Counted from the stretch's first letter, positions 1-13,719 are shown. The stretch: DNA of 64,000 nucleotides from Thermoanaerobaculia bacterium (GCA_963664405.1 OY761158.1:4576001-4640000), one strand, 5' to 3'. Numbers and translations are program-made. Notes: generated by a model not told the origin, from the letters alone.

Positions 1-134
1 TGCGCATAGAAGTGAATGGCCAACCCTTCGAGGTCGCTGGGGGCGAAAAGGTGGTTCGAGACCTGATCATCACGCTCGACTCGATCGACGGCGTCGGAAG
101 TGTCGTCGACTCAGTCCGAGGTCCAGGCCTCTGA
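1..134 (+). CDS. 3' end of a gene cut by the window edge, possibly a RodZ C-terminal (DUF4115-like) domain
   Basis: Frame 3 reads RIEVNGQPFEVAGGEKVVRDLIITLDS...GL-TGA (132-134), resembling RodZ C-termini. Confidence 0.45.
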   Translation, partial: RIEVNGQPFEVAGGEKVVRDLIITLDSIDGVGSVVDSVRGPGL

Positions 135-1177
135 GCGAAGAGCACCCGTTCGGGGAGGCATCGGGCGAGGGCCAGCAAGCTCTCCTGGCTCAAGTTCGAG
201 CGGGAGACAGTCGCGAGCTCCTGCTGCTGGCTGCCCAGGGAGTGCTTCCGCTGGAGCGCGGGCCCCTCGTCGGCCTGCAGGCTTGGCTGTGTAGCTCCGC
301 CGACGGAGAGGTTGCGAAGGTGGCGTTGGCGTCACTCGAGGCGACCGACCCCGAGATACTCGCTGGAGTCGTAGCCGAAGCCGAAGAAGAGACGATCGAG
401 GTCCTCGCCGACAAGATCCCACACCCCGAGGTACTCACCGCGGTGTTGCAGCATCGGGGGCTGTCGAGCGATGCCCTGTGTGGGTTGGCGAGATGGATCC
501 CGCCCGAGCTACAGGAAGTCCTGTTGCTTCGTCAAGATGACATCCGAGCTCACCACGAGATCCTGGATGAGCTCGAGAAGAACCCGCATCTGAGCGCCTA
601 CTCTGAGCGGCTGGTTCACGAGTATCGGATCTATCTGCTTCCCCAGCGGGGGCAGACGCGTGCAGCGAGCGACGGAGAACTAGACGAGCTTAGTGATGAG
701 ATGGTCGAGGAGGCCATCGCCGTCGTGGCTCGTCACGTCCCCAGAGTTGGCGACTTTGACGAAAGCACAGGGCTTACCGAGGCTCAGGTTCGAGCGCTGC
801 CGCTGCCGATCCGAATCAAACTCGGCTTTGGCGCCTCGAGGACGCTGCGCAACATTCTTCTTCGGGACCCGAGCTCTCAGGTCGCTCTGACCGCGCTGAA
901 TCGAAGTTCGATCTCGGAACGTGAGGTAGAGCAGCTATGCCGCAGTCGCAACGTCTCTGAAGAGGTGCTCTCGGACGTAGCTCGGCACCGCTCTTGGATT
1001 AGCAAGTATCGTATTGTACTGACCCTGTTGAAGAATCCTCGCACTCCCGTCAACGTATCGATGAAGCATCTCGCCCGGCTCGCTGCGCGAGATCTGAGGC
1101 TGCTGGGAGCCGATCGAAACGTCCCGGATCCGGTCAGGCGTCGCGCTCGAGTGCTCCATCAGCACAAAGTCAGGTAG
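131..1177 (+). CDS. Conserved hypothetical helical-repeat protein; probable CTG start
   Basis: ORF 242..1177 is open upstream to CTG at 131, which overlaps the previous stop (CTGA). GAGGT lies 8 nt before it, and the extension reads naturally (LLAQVRAGDSRELLLLAAQGVLP). Confidence 0.7.
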   Translation: MSEEHPFGEASGEGQQALLAQVRAGDSRELLLLAAQGVLPLERGPLVGLQAWLCSSADGEVAKVALASLEATDPEILAGVVAEAEEETIEVLADKIPHPEVLTAVLQHRGLSSDALCGLARWIPPELQEVLLLRQDDIRAHHEILDELEKNPHLSAYSERLVHEYRIYLLPQRGQTRAASDGELDELSDEMVEEAIAVVARHVPRVGDFDESTGLTEAQVRALPLPIRIKLGFGASRTLRNILLRDPSSQVALTALNRSSISEREVEQLCRSRNVSEEVLSDVARHRSWISKYRIVLTLLKNPRTPVNVSMKHLARLAARDLRLLGADRNVPDPVRRRARVLHQHKVR

Positions 1178-1182
1178 CGAGA

Positions 1183-1800
1183 ATGAAGCCGGAAAAGAAT
1201 CACTATGCGACGCTCGGGTTGCTTCCCGATGCAACTGCGGCCAAGATCAAGGCTCGGTTCAGGGAGCTCGCGCGTCGCCTTCATCCGGATCACCATCCTG
1301 GTGACGCGAAGAAACAGGCAGAACAAGAGTTTCAGGCCATCACCGAGGCTTTCAACGTGCTCCGTAAGCCCGATCGCCGCCGTGAGCACGATGCCGAGCT
1401 GGCTCGGCCGCGGCGAGAGAGCCGGGGGCAGGACTCCGACAGAGTGGCCCGTGTCTACGTGCAACGCGGCATCAAATCGTTTCGAGAAAAGAACTGGGCG
1501 CAGGCGGCCGAGAGCTTCCAAAGAGCGACCAACGTGAAACCCGAAAACGCCCAGGCCTGGTACTACCTCGCCCTCTCGTGTTCCGAGGGGCGGAGGTGGC
1601 AGGAACATGCGGTCCAGGCCATCGGTCGGGCCTGCGATCTGGAGCCGATGAACGTGGACTACCTCAAGCTGGCAGGGCGGATTATGGGCAGAGCCGGATT
1701 AACAAGCAGGGCCCAGAAGTTCTATACTGAGGCTCTACGTTGGGGGGGCACAGACCGTGCTCTGGAGCACGAATTGGCTCAGCTCAAGAAGGTTCGGTAG
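1183..1800 (+). CDS. DnaJ-domain protein with C-terminal TPR repeats
   Basis: N-terminal J-domain with HPD motif (RLHPDHH, FQAITEAFNVL) followed by TPR-like helices. Confidence 0.9.
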   Translation: MKPEKNHYATLGLLPDATAAKIKARFRELARRLHPDHHPGDAKKQAEQEFQAITEAFNVLRKPDRRREHDAELARPRRESRGQDSDRVARVYVQRGIKSFREKNWAQAAESFQRATNVKPENAQAWYYLALSCSEGRRWQEHAVQAIGRACDLEPMNVDYLKLAGRIMGRAGLTSRAQKFYTEALRWGGTDRALEHELAQLKKVR

Positions 1801-1824
1801 ACAAGAACTGCGGCACGATTTCGT

Positions 1825-2598
1825 ATGACTCTGATGCTTTCCCATGGCCTCAGCGATACGGGTGTGGCGCGTTTGCACAACGAGGATGCGTTTCGCATCG
1901 ACGGCGAGCGTGGCTTGTATGTGGTCGCTGACGGGATGGGGGGCCACACCCATGGAGAGGTGGCCTCGCAGATCGCGGTGAAGACGATCGGTGATTTTTT
2001 CAGCAATCGTGCCGACCGCGCGGTGGTGAGCGGCAGCGACGGCTCCGATCTCCAGCCTCACTCAGTCGACTTCAAGACCGCAATAGAGCTGGCTCACCAA
2101 GCTATGCTCCAGGCCATAAACGAGGATCTCCGACTCCAGGGCATGGGTACTACGGTGGCCGGCATCGTGGTTCAGGATGGCATAGTGGCAGTAGGCCATG
2201 TTGGAGATAGTCGGGTCTATCGACTTCGTGACGGTGAGATGGAGTTGCTGACCGAGGACCACACCTGGGTAAACGAGCAGGTGGTCGCCGGGTACCTCAC
2301 CGAGGAACAGGCCCGCACCCACCCGCTGCGGAATGTCGTGACCCGTGCCCTCGGCGGTGAGGCGGCAGTGGTCGTCGATCTTCGAGAGACTCCGGTGTGC
2401 AAGGGAGACCTTTACCTGATCTGCTCGGATGGTTTGACGGCGATGCTCAGCGATCTCGACATTCAGGCGCGTTTGACCAGAGGGCTGCCGCTCACCGAGA
2501 TCTGCAAGAAACTCATCGACGACTCCAATGCTCGCGGCGGGGTAGATAACGTCACCGCGATCCTGGCTCGAATCGAAGAAGACTCATCTTCGGCATGA
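1825..2598 (+). CDS. PP2C-family Ser/Thr protein phosphatase (Stp1/PrpC type)
   Basis: Motifs [33 protein letters not shown]. Confidence 0.95.
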   Translation: MTLMLSHGLSDTGVARLHNEDAFRIDGERGLYVVADGMGGHTHGEVASQIAVKTIGDFFSNRADRAVVSGSDGSDLQPHSVDFKTAIELAHQAMLQAINEDLRLQGMGTTVAGIVVQDGIVAVGHVGDSRVYRLRDGEMELLTEDHTWVNEQVVAGYLTEEQARTHPLRNVVTRALGGEAAVVVDLRETPVCKGDLYLICSDGLTAMLSDLDIQARLTRGLPLTEICKKLIDDSNARGGVDNVTAILARIEEDSSSA

Positions 2599-5504
2599 GA
2601 GGGACTGACGGCACTGGCGCCGTCGATACCGGACTGGACACCCGGAGCTTCCCCGGAGCGTCGGGATCGGATCTTTCCGACTTCGTAGGGCGCCACATCG
2701 GCCCTGACCGGAGCGAGTTGGATGAAATGCTTTCAGAGCTGGGCCTCGACTCGCTCGAGGCCCTGGTCGACCAGACGATACCCTCGTCGATTCGGTCGAG
2801 TCGCGATCCGCATCTCGGTGACGGGGCGGGTGAAGAAGAGACACTCTCTCGCCTGCGCGGCATTGCAGAGCAGAATCGTGTGCTGAAGTCGCTCATGGGT
2901 ATGGGGTACCACGGCTGTCTTCCCCCCCTGGTCATCCAGCGAAACATCCTCGAGAACCCAGCCTGGTACACGGCATATACGCCCTACCAGGCGGAAATCT
3001 CGCAGGGACGGCTGGAGGCTCTGGTCAACTTCCAGACCATGATCTGCGACTTCACCGCGCTCGACATCGCGAACTCATCACTGCTGGACGAGGGGACCGC
3101 GGCGGCAGAAGCGCTCGCCTTGTCACTGGCCGCAGCGGGCTCTTCTCGAAGGCGTTTTTTTGTCGACACCGGTTGCCATCCGCAGACGATCGAGGTCATC
3201 GAAACGAGAGCTTGGGCTCTTGGCGTCGAAGTGATCTGCGGCGATCATCGCTCTTTCGAGCCCGACGAAACTCTCGCCGGAGCGATTGTGCAGTATCCGG
3301 ATACGAGCGGGGCGGTCTTCGACTACAGCGACCTGATCTCTCGCCTCCATGATGTCGGTGCGTTGGCCATCGTCGCTGCCGATTTGCTGAGCCTCGCATT
3401 GTTGCGCCCGCCTGGTGAGATGGCAGCGGACATCGCCGTGGGGTCGACGCAGCGCTTCGGCGTTCCGATGGGCTTCGGCGGACCTCATGCCGGCTACATG
3501 GCTACCAGGGAGTCTCTGCGCCGGAGGATCCCTGGTCGCGTCGTGGGTGTGTCGCAAGACTCTCGAGGTCGCAGGGCCTATCGCCTAGCACTCCAGACTC
3601 GCGAGCAGCACATTCGTCGCGAGAAGGCGACGAGCAACATCTGTACCGCCCAGGTTCTTCCGGCGGTGCTGGCCTCGATGTATGCCGTTTACCACGGTCC
3701 CGAGGGCCTTACCCGTATTGCGGAGACCGTGCATCGTCGGGCCGTGGCTTTGGCGGCGGCGATTTGCGCCCAGGGCCACCGGCTTCAGCAGGAGCCCTTC
3801 TTCGACACCCTGCGAATTGAGCTGGAGGGCGATGACGCAGAGGAGATTCGTCGACGAGCCGAAGAGCGTGGCTACAACCTTCGCGTCGTCGATCCCAAGA
3901 CGGTGTCTCTGGCTCTCGACGAGACTACGACCGACGAAGATCTCGATCAGCTCTCCGCGGTGTTCTCTGGGAAGGGAGCCGGCGGCACCGAGGCGCCGCC
4001 GGGAATTCCTGCGTGGGCGAGGCGAAGCTCTCCATTCCTGACCCATCCGGTTTTTCATCGTTACCGATCAGAGACCGAGATGCTGCGCTATATCCATCGT
4101 TTGGCCGGTAAGGATGTGTCCCTTAGCTCTTCGATGATTCCGCTGGGCTCGTGCACCATGAAGCTCAATGCGACGGTCGAGTTGGTGCCGGTGACGTGGC
4201 CTGAATTTGCGTCTCTCCACCCTTTCGTGCCGGCGGAGCAGAGCCAGGGGTACCGTCGCCTTTGTCGGGAGCTCGAAGCCATGCTGTCAGAGCTCACCGG
4301 CTTCCCGGCGGTCTCGCTGCAACCCAACGCGGGATCCCAGGGTGAGCTTGCGGGGTTGCTGGTGATTCGTCGCTACCACGAAGCGCGGGGAGACGAAGAG
4401 CGGCGCATCTGCCTCATACCCCAGTCGGCACACGGCACGAATCCTGCCAGCGCGGTGATGGCGGGGCTTCGAGTGGTGGTGGTGAAGTGCGATGAGGACG
4501 GCAACATCGACCTCGACGATCTCGAGCGAAGGGTGTCTGCCCACGGTGACGAGCTAGCGGCGCTGATGGTGACCTACCCCTCCACTCATGGAGTTTTCGA
4601 GGAGTCGATAGGACCCATTTGCGAGCTGGTTCACTCTCGAGGCGGTCAGGTCTACATGGATGGAGCCAACTTCAACGCGATGGTGGGCTTGTGCCGGCCT
4701 GCGGATATCGGCGCCGATGTCTGTCACCTCAACCTGCACAAGACTTTCTGCATCCCTCATGGGGGCGGTGGTCCTGGCATGGGTCCGATCGCGGCCGCCG
4801 CTCACCTCGGCCCCTATCTACCTGGCCACCGCGTAGGCGGTGTCGGCGGCGCCGAGAGTGTCGGCGCCATTTCTGCCACGCCGTGGGGCAGCGCGAGCAT
4901 TCTGCCGATCTCGTGGATGTATATCGAGCTCATGGGCGCCGCTGGGCTCCGTCGCGCTTCGCAGGTGGCCATTCTCAATGCCAACTACATTGCGCATAGA
5001 TTGGAGCCCTTCTACCCTGTGCTCTACCGAGGCCGGCGTGGTCGCGTAGCGCACGAATGCATCCTCGACCTCCGGCCGCTCAAGAAGGTGGCCGGCGTCG
5101 AGGTCGAAGACGTTGCGAAGCGGTTGATGGACTACGGCTTCCACGCGCCGACCGTGTCGTGGCCGGTGCCGGGAACAGTGATGGTCGAGCCGACCGAGAG
5201 TGAGTCGAAAGGGGAGCTCGATCGCTTCTGTGACGCCATGATCTCCATTCACAAGGAGGCGCTCTTGATCGAGACCGGCGAGATGCCGCTGGAGAACAGT
5301 CCCCTTCGCAATGCCCCACACCCTGCGGAGGACCTCCTGGTGGACGACTGGAGTCGACCTTACTCGAGGGCCGCGGCGGCATACCCAGCTCCCTGGACGC
5401 GAGGGCACAAATACTGGCCGCCGGTGTCACGCATCGATAATGCGTGGGGTGATCGCAACCTGTTCTGTACCTGCCCGCCGGTTGGCGACTTCGAAGAGGA
5501 GTAG
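2595..5504 (+). CDS. gcvP: Glycine dehydrogenase (decarboxylating), glycine cleavage P protein
   Basis: [43 protein letters not shown]-lysine motif; 969 aa. Confidence 0.97.
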   Translation: MRGTDGTGAVDTGLDTRSFPGASGSDLSDFVGRHIGPDRSELDEMLSELGLDSLEALVDQTIPSSIRSSRDPHLGDGAGEEETLSRLRGIAEQNRVLKSLMGMGYHGCLPPLVIQRNILENPAWYTAYTPYQAEISQGRLEALVNFQTMICDFTALDIANSSLLDEGTAAAEALALSLAAAGSSRRRFFVDTGCHPQTIEVIETRAWALGVEVICGDHRSFEPDETLAGAIVQYPDTSGAVFDYSDLISRLHDVGALAIVAADLLSLALLRPPGEMAADIAVGSTQRFGVPMGFGGPHAGYMATRESLRRRIPGRVVGVSQDSRGRRAYRLALQTREQHIRREKATSNICTAQVLPAVLASMYAVYHGPEGLTRIAETVHRRAVALAAAICAQGHRLQQEPFFDTLRIELEGDDAEEIRRRAEERGYNLRVVDPKTVSLALDETTTDEDLDQLSAVFSGKGAGGTEAPPGIPAWARRSSPFLTHPVFHRYRSETEMLRYIHRLAGKDVSLSSSMIPLGSCTMKLNATVELVPVTWPEFASLHPFVPAEQSQGYRRLCRELEAMLSELTGFPAVSLQPNAGSQGELAGLLVIRRYHEARGDEERRICLIPQSAHGTNPASAVMAGLRVVVVKCDEDGNIDLDDLERRVSAHGDELAALMVTYPSTHGVFEESIGPICELVHSRGGQVYMDGANFNAMVGLCRPADIGADVCHLNLHKTFCIPHGGGGPGMGPIAAAAHLGPYLPGHRVGGVGGAESVGAISATPWGSASILPISWMYIELMGAAGLRRASQVAILNANYIAHRLEPFYPVLYRGRRGRVAHECILDLRPLKKVAGVEVEDVAKRLMDYGFHAPTVSWPVPGTVMVEPTESESKGELDRFCDAMISIHKEALLIETGEMPLENSPLRNAPHPAEDLLVDDWSRPYSRAAAAYPAPWTRGHKYWPPVSRIDNAWGDRNLFCTCPPVGDFEEE

Positions 5505-5554
5505 ACGAGCGCTGTCCCGACGTCTTCTGCGGACTGCGGGGAGTGTGGGCCAAT

Positions 5555-6813
5555 CTAGGCCGCGTTGGTAGAGAGCTTCTGAAGAGAGGCCGAGCCCAGC
5601 GCGAGTAGCACAGCTACCACGGTCAGGCTTGCCAGCGCTAGGTGAAAGTGACCGCTGAAGTCGTAGATCAGTCCAAGACTGATCGGGCCCAATACACCGC
5701 CGATTTCTGCGGCCGAGAAGAACATTCCGCTGGCGGCGCCCGCTCGCCTGTCTCCGATACCGGGCAGCTCTACCAGAGAAAGAACCAGGACGGTGGTCAG
5801 GGACGAACGAGCGATGCCCTGCAGAAGGAGTCCCGCACTCAGGGGAACCGGGTCGGCAGACTGAAGCAGAATACTCGCGGTGGCGGCAAGCAGGCACAAG
5901 ACGATGAGAATGTGAAAGCGACGACTTGGCGTGGCCAGGCGAGGGATCAGTAGCGACCCGGCAATGCCGATCACCGTAGGGAGGGCCGCCCAGTAGCCGG
6001 CTTCAAGGGTCGTCATACCACCGCTGCGTAGAAGCTCCGGGAGCCAGTTGTTCAGACTATGGTTGAAGAGGAACACGCCGACGCTCATCATCAGGACCAC
6101 CCGCACCGCGGGCGCAGCGGCCAATTCCCGCATGATCTGAAGCTGGGGGACGTAAGGTTCCGTTGCCGCTTGCTGCTGTTTGTCCACCCGGTTCAGAGTT
6201 GCGACCAGGAGCCAGAACAGAGCTCCGCCGCAGGACACCAGAGGCCATAGAGCCATTACCCGCCGCCAGCTGCCGTCGAATGCCGGCAGTAGCAATGAAT
6301 GGGTCAGAGTAAGCGACACCACTCCTCCCACGGCTGGGCCGGTCATGTAGATGCCCATCGCCAAGCCGCGCTGAGCGCCAGTAAAGAGCTGTGCCACGAC
6401 CTTCGGCGCGCCGGCCGAGATGATCGGGCCGCCAAGGCCAAACACCATGACCGCAAGAAGGAACGACCAATAGTCATCCGCGAAGGCACGTCCCGCGGCG
6501 GACAAGGCGATCAGAAGGGCGCCAATGAACAGCGCCCACTGCCCCCGAGTCGATCCAAAAGCAGGCGGCAAGGCATTGCAGAGAAGATGTAGACCAACTG
6601 CCACGCACCCATGAGACTTCCCATGGCCGTATGCGAGATTTGCAGCTCTTCTTCGACCGGCACTACCAGCGGAGCAAGGCTTGTTGCCGTCAGGCCGAAT
6701 GTGCAGTACAGCAGCCAGAGCCCGGACAGCACCCACCACCTTCTGCCGCCAAGGAGTCCGTGCGGCAGGACTCCTGATGCGCTGTTCTCGGCGCCTTCCC
6801 TCGCGTCAGTCAC
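5555..6813 (-). pseudogene. MFS transporter (CynX/NimT-like) with a frameshift near 6545
   Basis: N-terminus lies in ORF 6511..6813 (SLAPLVVPVEEELQISHTAMGSL...LLLDRLG) and the remainder in ORF 5555..6739 (QWALFIGALL...). The shift falls in a C5/G5 run, so it may be a sequencing error. Confidence 0.8.
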
Positions 6814-6830
6814 GGCTCCGTTGAGTAGCT

Positions 6831-7619
6831 TCAGTCTCTCAATCTGGACCGCAATCGATGGATGTGGTCGTCTTCCAAGCCGGCCTCGCGGGCGTAGCTC
6901 TCGATGCCGCCGAAGCTATCGTCCAGAAAGGCGAGAGTCCGAGACATAGTCTCGGGCAGGCAGCTACGAAAATAGATCGGTAGTGGCTCAGCTTCGGGAT
7001 CTCGGTCTTCGTCGTCCACATCGGGGACGGTCATGGCGGGGGCGGAGTGATCCCTGTAGGGGTCGTCCAGATAGACGTCGCTGAGGGCATAGTCCGCTGC
7101 GATGGCTTCATCGGTGACTCCGGCGATGCCAAGCAACAAGGCGGCAATCAGCCCGGTCCGGTCCTTCCCGGCGGAGCAGTGGAAGATCGATGCGTGGTCG
7201 CCGGTGCTCGCCAGTGTGCGCAGGATCTCGCCGATGATCTCTCTGCAGCTGGCGAGACCCACACAGTAGAGCTCTGACAACTTTTCCGCTTGACCGATCG
7301 AGGAGGGGTTAGATTTGAAGCCTTCCAGCCTGTCTCCCCACAGATCGAGGTGGTGATAGACGACATCCTGCGACTGAGCGAAGACGTTGGGAGCCAGCTC
7401 GAGCTCCCGAGGCAGTCTCAGGTCGACGACGGTCCCGATACCCCGATCAGTGAGCTCCTTTTGGTCGGCGTAGGTCAGTGTGCTCATGCCGGCGGAACGG
7501 AAGAAGCGCCGCCATCGAGTGGTGCCGCCATCCGACGTCGGATAGCCCCCCAGATCGCGTACGTTCGCTGCGCCTTCCATGGGGAGGTGGCGTCTGGGAT
7601 GTCGCAAAACGTGCTCCAC
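6831..7619 (-). CDS. Tyrosine/dual-specificity protein phosphatase (Y_phosphatase3 type)
   Basis: NVRDLGG, DLR, and P-loop HCSAGKDRTG. Confidence 0.93.
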   Translation of the reverse strand: MEHVLRHPRRHLPMEGAANVRDLGGYPTSDGGTTRWRRFFRSAGMSTLTYADQKELTDRGIGTVVDLRLPRELELAPNVFAQSQDVVYHHLDLWGDRLEGFKSNPSSIGQAEKLSELYCVGLASCREIIGEILRTLASTGDHASIFHCSAGKDRTGLIAALLLGIAGVTDEAIAADYALSDVYLDDPYRDHSAPAMTVPDVDDEDRDPEAEPLPIYFRSCLPETMSRTLAFLDDSFGGIESYAREAGLEDDHIHRLRSRLRD

Positions 7620-7658
7620 GGCAGTCGTGTGCGGCTCGGCTCTGTCTACGGCGTGGAG

Positions 7659-9254
7659 TCACACGCCGGCAACCGCCGGGTCGCGACCCTCGCTCTCCTT
7701 GAAGATCGCGTATTCCATGCTGTCGTAGAGGGCCTTCCAGCTGGCCTCGATGATATTGGTCGAGGCCCCCACCGTCGTCCAGGTGTTCGCGCCCTTCTTG
7801 AAGTCGATGAGCACTCGTGTCGTCGCCGCGGTTCCTTGATCCGAGTCCAGAATACGCACCTTGTAGTCGCTGAGGTGGATCTCCTCGACCTGGGGATAGG
7901 TGTCGCGGAGAGCCTTGTGAAGGGCCTGATTGAGGGCGTTTACTGGGCCGTTCCCGTCGGCGGCGGTGTGGGCGACCTTGCCGTCGATATCGACCTTCAC
8001 GGTGGCTTCGGAGAAGAGGCCTCGTCCTTCGCGATGCTCGACCACCACCATGAAGTCGACGAGATGGAAGGCCGGGCGGTAGTCGTCCGATGCGCGGTAG
8101 AGCATCATCTCCACCGAGGCTTCCGCTCCTTCGAAAGTGTACCCCTTGCTCTCGAGGTCCTTGACCTGGTCGAGGACTTCCCGCGCTCGGCTGCGATCCG
8201 CTTCCACGCCCTGCTTTTCGGCGAGATGAAGAATGTTGCCGCGACCCGAGAGCTCCGACACCACGGTTCGCATCTCGTTGCCGACCAGCTCGGGCTCGAT
8301 GTGCTGATAGCTCTCCGGGCACTTGAGTATGGCGGCGACGTGGATGCCTCCCTTGTGGGCGAAGGCGCTGCGGCCGACGTAGGGGGCGTGGTCGTCCTGA
8401 GGGATGTTGGCGATGGTGGAGACCAGTCGTGAGAGCTCGGTGAGCTGAACCAGGCGGTCAGGCGCCACACAGTCATGCCCCATCTTGAGCTGGAGGGCGG
8501 GAATGATGGTCACCAGATTGGCGTTCGACACCCTCTCGCCGTAGCCGTTGATCGTGCCCTGAACCATCGACGCTCCGACCCGGACCGCCGCCAGAGTGTT
8601 GGCGACACTGCAGCCACCGTCTTCGTGGGTGTGGATTCCGAGGGCGACTTCGGTGAGGCTCGCCACCTCGGCGACGATCGCTTCGATCTCCCAGGGAAGA
8701 GAGCCGCCGTTGGTGTCGCACAGCACCAGAAAGTCGGCTCCCCCGCGCTCGGCGGCCTCGAGGGTCTCGAGGGCGTAGCGGGGGTTCGCCTTGTAGCCAT
8801 CGAAGAAGTGCTCGGCGTCGTAGACGACTTCCTTCTCCGCTTCGCGCATATAGCGGACGCTGTCCTCGATCATCGCCAGATTCTCTTCCAGCGTGGTCTC
8901 GATGACAGCTTCCACATGGAGGTCCCAGCTCTTGCCGACCAGGGTCACGACGGGAGTCTCAGCGGCCAAGAGCGCGATGATGTTGCCGTCTTGCTCGCAG
9001 GTGGTGTTCTTGTATCGCGTACTACCGAAGGCGCAGATCTTTGCCTGTTTCAGGGGATCCTGGCGGATTTGGCTGAAGAATTCCGCGTCCTTCGGATTCG
9101 AGCCCGGCCAGCCCCCCTCGATATAGGGAATGCCGAAGGCGTCCAGACGCCGGGCGATCTTGACTTTGTCGTGCAGCGAGAGGGAAAGGTTCTCGCGCTG
9201 AGTGCCGTCCCTCAATGTGGTGTCGTACAGAATGACCTTGCTCATCTTCTTCAC
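7659..9254 (-). CDS. cimA: Citramalate synthase
   Basis: YDTTLRDGTQ, EGGWPGSNPKD, YDAEHFFDG, AHKGGIH; a separate canonical LeuA is present in the operon. Confidence 0.92.
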   Translation of the reverse strand: MKKMSKVILYDTTLRDGTQRENLSLSLHDKVKIARRLDAFGIPYIEGGWPGSNPKDAEFFSQIRQDPLKQAKICAFGSTRYKNTTCEQDGNIIALLAAETPVVTLVGKSWDLHVEAVIETTLEENLAMIEDSVRYMREAEKEVVYDAEHFFDGYKANPRYALETLEAAERGGADFLVLCDTNGGSLPWEIEAIVAEVASLTEVALGIHTHEDGGCSVANTLAAVRVGASMVQGTINGYGERVSNANLVTIIPALQLKMGHDCVAPDRLVQLTELSRLVSTIANIPQDDHAPYVGRSAFAHKGGIHVAAILKCPESYQHIEPELVGNEMRTVVSELSGRGNILHLAEKQGVEADRSRAREVLDQVKDLESKGYTFEGAEASVEMMLYRASDDYRPAFHLVDFMVVVEHREGRGLFSEATVKVDIDGKVAHTAADGNGPVNALNQALHKALRDTYPQVEEIHLSDYKVRILDSDQGTAATTRVLIDFKKGANTWTTVGASTNIIEASWKALYDSMEYAIFKESEGRDPAVAGV

Positions 9255-9265
9255 TCTCCGTCCCT

Positions 9266-9403
9266 GGGCTTCGGCGGAAGCCCCGATTCTTGTTGGGAAA
9301 CGAGGTGCCTGGTAAAGCTCTAGTGAACACTAAAGAGCTTCGCGATGGAGCAGGTGACAGTGGGCACTGTCACCATGGTTCTCTCTGTTCGGCGGGTTGG
9401 CAT
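9266..9403 (-). promoter_or_regulatory. Structured cimA 5' leader with three hairpins and a short Thr/Val-rich uORF
   Basis: Inverted repeats at 9266-9283, 9314-9340 and 9353-9374; uORF 9403..9320 MPTRRTERTMVTVPTVTCSIAKLFSVH. Confidence 0.45.
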
Positions 9404-9458
9404 CAGAAGTTCGGCAGCGAGAATACCACGGGGGTAATCTTGGCAGCCCGCCCGTGTA

Positions 9459-12350
<2,892 letters not shown>

Positions 12351-12477
12351 CGGATTGGGCGTGGAGCCCTAGCTACCCCCCTGAGACGCCTCAGACAGTG
12401 ATCTGAGGCAAACCGCGAGTGTAGCAGGGAGATGGAATCGGTAGTAGCCCTTTTCGGATCAGAGTTTGGAGTCCGAT

Positions 12478-12506
12478 TTGACTTATGGGCCCTTGTTCCA
12501 TACAGT
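12478..12506 (+). promoter_or_regulatory. Sigma70 promoter of the ilv-leu operon
   Basis: TTGACT (12478-83), 17-bp spacer, TACAGT (12501-06). Confidence 0.75.
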
Positions 12507-12518
12507 TTCGCGCCAGTT

Positions 12519-12632
12519 ATGACAAGTCGCGTGAGCTCGAACGCCTACCGTGCCCGTCGGGGCATTGGCGAAGGTGTGCTTGGAGAGTTGCTCGTACTCG
12601 TACTTATTGCCCACAGCCCGGGGGCGAAGTAA
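12519..12632 (+). CDS. Branched-chain amino acid attenuator leader peptide
   Basis: MTSRVSSNAYRARRGIGEGVLGELLVLVLIAHSPGAK, with seven consecutive Leu/Val/Ile codons just before the antiterminator. Confidence 0.85.
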   Translation: MTSRVSSNAYRARRGIGEGVLGELLVLVLIAHSPGAK

Positions 12633-12662
12633 GCGTAGCAACAGAGAAGACGCGAAACTTGG

Positions 12663-12692
12663 CCCCCAGCAGAGCGCTGGGGGTTTTGTTTT
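12663..12692 (+). terminator. Intrinsic attenuator terminator
   Basis: CCCCCAGC-agagc-GCTGGGGG-TTTTGTTTT. GGGGGCGAAGT (12620-30) can alternatively pair with ACTTGGCCCCC (12657-67) as an antiterminator. Confidence 0.9.
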
Positions 12693-12734
12693 ATGGGGCT
12701 ATTGAGTCGATCGGGCCCAGGAGATATCAAGGCG

Positions 12735-13688
12735 ATGCCAATCGAGACCTCGGAGTGGATTTGGTACAACAGTAGGTGGGTGAAGTGGGAGGAGGCCACC
12801 GTCCATGTCACCGCCCATGCTCTTCACTATGGCTCGAGCGTCTTCGAGGGGGTTCGAGCGTACGAGGGAGACGAGGGCCCGCGCATCTTCCGCCTCGATC
12901 GCCATCTCGAGCGCTTTCTCGACTCCAGCAAGTTGTTGAGGTTCGACATGGGTGAGCACACGATGGAGAGGCTCACTCAGCTTTGTATCGATTTGGTAGC
13001 TCGCAATCGTCACAAGTCCTGCTACATCCGCCCAATCGCCTTCCGCGGAGAGGAGAGCATGGGCCTCTACCCTCTCGACTGTCCGGTCGAGGTCGTCCTC
13101 TTCAGTTTTCCGTGGGGTCCCTATCTCGGAGACGAGGCGATCGAGGATGGAGTCGACGTACAGGTCAGCTCCTGGCGTCGTTTCGCTCCCGGTACCGGCG
13201 CGCCACTTGGGAAGATCGGCGGTCAGTATGTGACCAACCAGTTCGTCTCCATAGAGGCGCGGCAAAACGGCTATGCCGAGGGCATCATGCTGGACAGTTT
13301 CGGATTTGTCAGCGAAGGTGCCGGTGAGAACGTGTTCGTCGTCAAGCGAGGTGAGATCACGACGCCGCCGATCAGTGCCTCGATCTTGTCTGGAGTGACT
13401 CGAGACAGTGTCATCATCCTGGCGCGGGATCTAGGAATCCCAGTCCACTTCGAGAATGTGACTCGAGAGATGCTCTATCTCAGCGACGAGCTCTTCATGA
13501 CCGGCACCGCGGCCGAGGTGAGTCCGGTGCGCTCCGTCGACCAGATTCCGATTGGCGAGGGTACGCGAGGGCCGATCACGAAGCGCTTGCAGGAGGAATT
13601 CTTCAACATCGTCGAGGGAACGATACCCGACCGGCACGGTTGGTTGACCTGCGTGCCACAAATCCAGTCTGTTGCGGTTCAGGACTGA
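12735..13688 (+). CDS. ilvE: Branched-chain amino acid aminotransferase
   Basis: ALHYGSSVFEG, YIRP, KIGGQY, EGAGEN, ILSGVTR, GTAAEV; start chosen at the ATG after AGGAGA. Confidence 0.95.
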   Translation: MPIETSEWIWYNSRWVKWEEATVHVTAHALHYGSSVFEGVRAYEGDEGPRIFRLDRHLERFLDSSKLLRFDMGEHTMERLTQLCIDLVARNRHKSCYIRPIAFRGEESMGLYPLDCPVEVVLFSFPWGPYLGDEAIEDGVDVQVSSWRRFAPGTGAPLGKIGGQYVTNQFVSIEARQNGYAEGIMLDSFGFVSEGAGENVFVVKRGEITTPPISASILSGVTRDSVIILARDLGIPVHFENVTREMLYLSDELFMTGTAAEVSPVRSVDQIPIGEGTRGPITKRLQEEFFNIVEGTIPDRHGWLTCVPQIQSVAVQD

Positions 13689-13719
13689 AGCCACCGGGCT
13701 CTTTGACTAGGAGAATCAG

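Noticed and set aside
6540-6550. Programmed frameshift or phase variation in the MFS gene
   Set aside because: Only a 5-nt run with no slippery heptamer; error or decay is simpler
12432-12734. Longer starts for the leader peptide (12432) and ilvE (12693)
   Set aside because: 12432 lies upstream of the predicted promoter; 12693 abuts the terminator and lacks an SD
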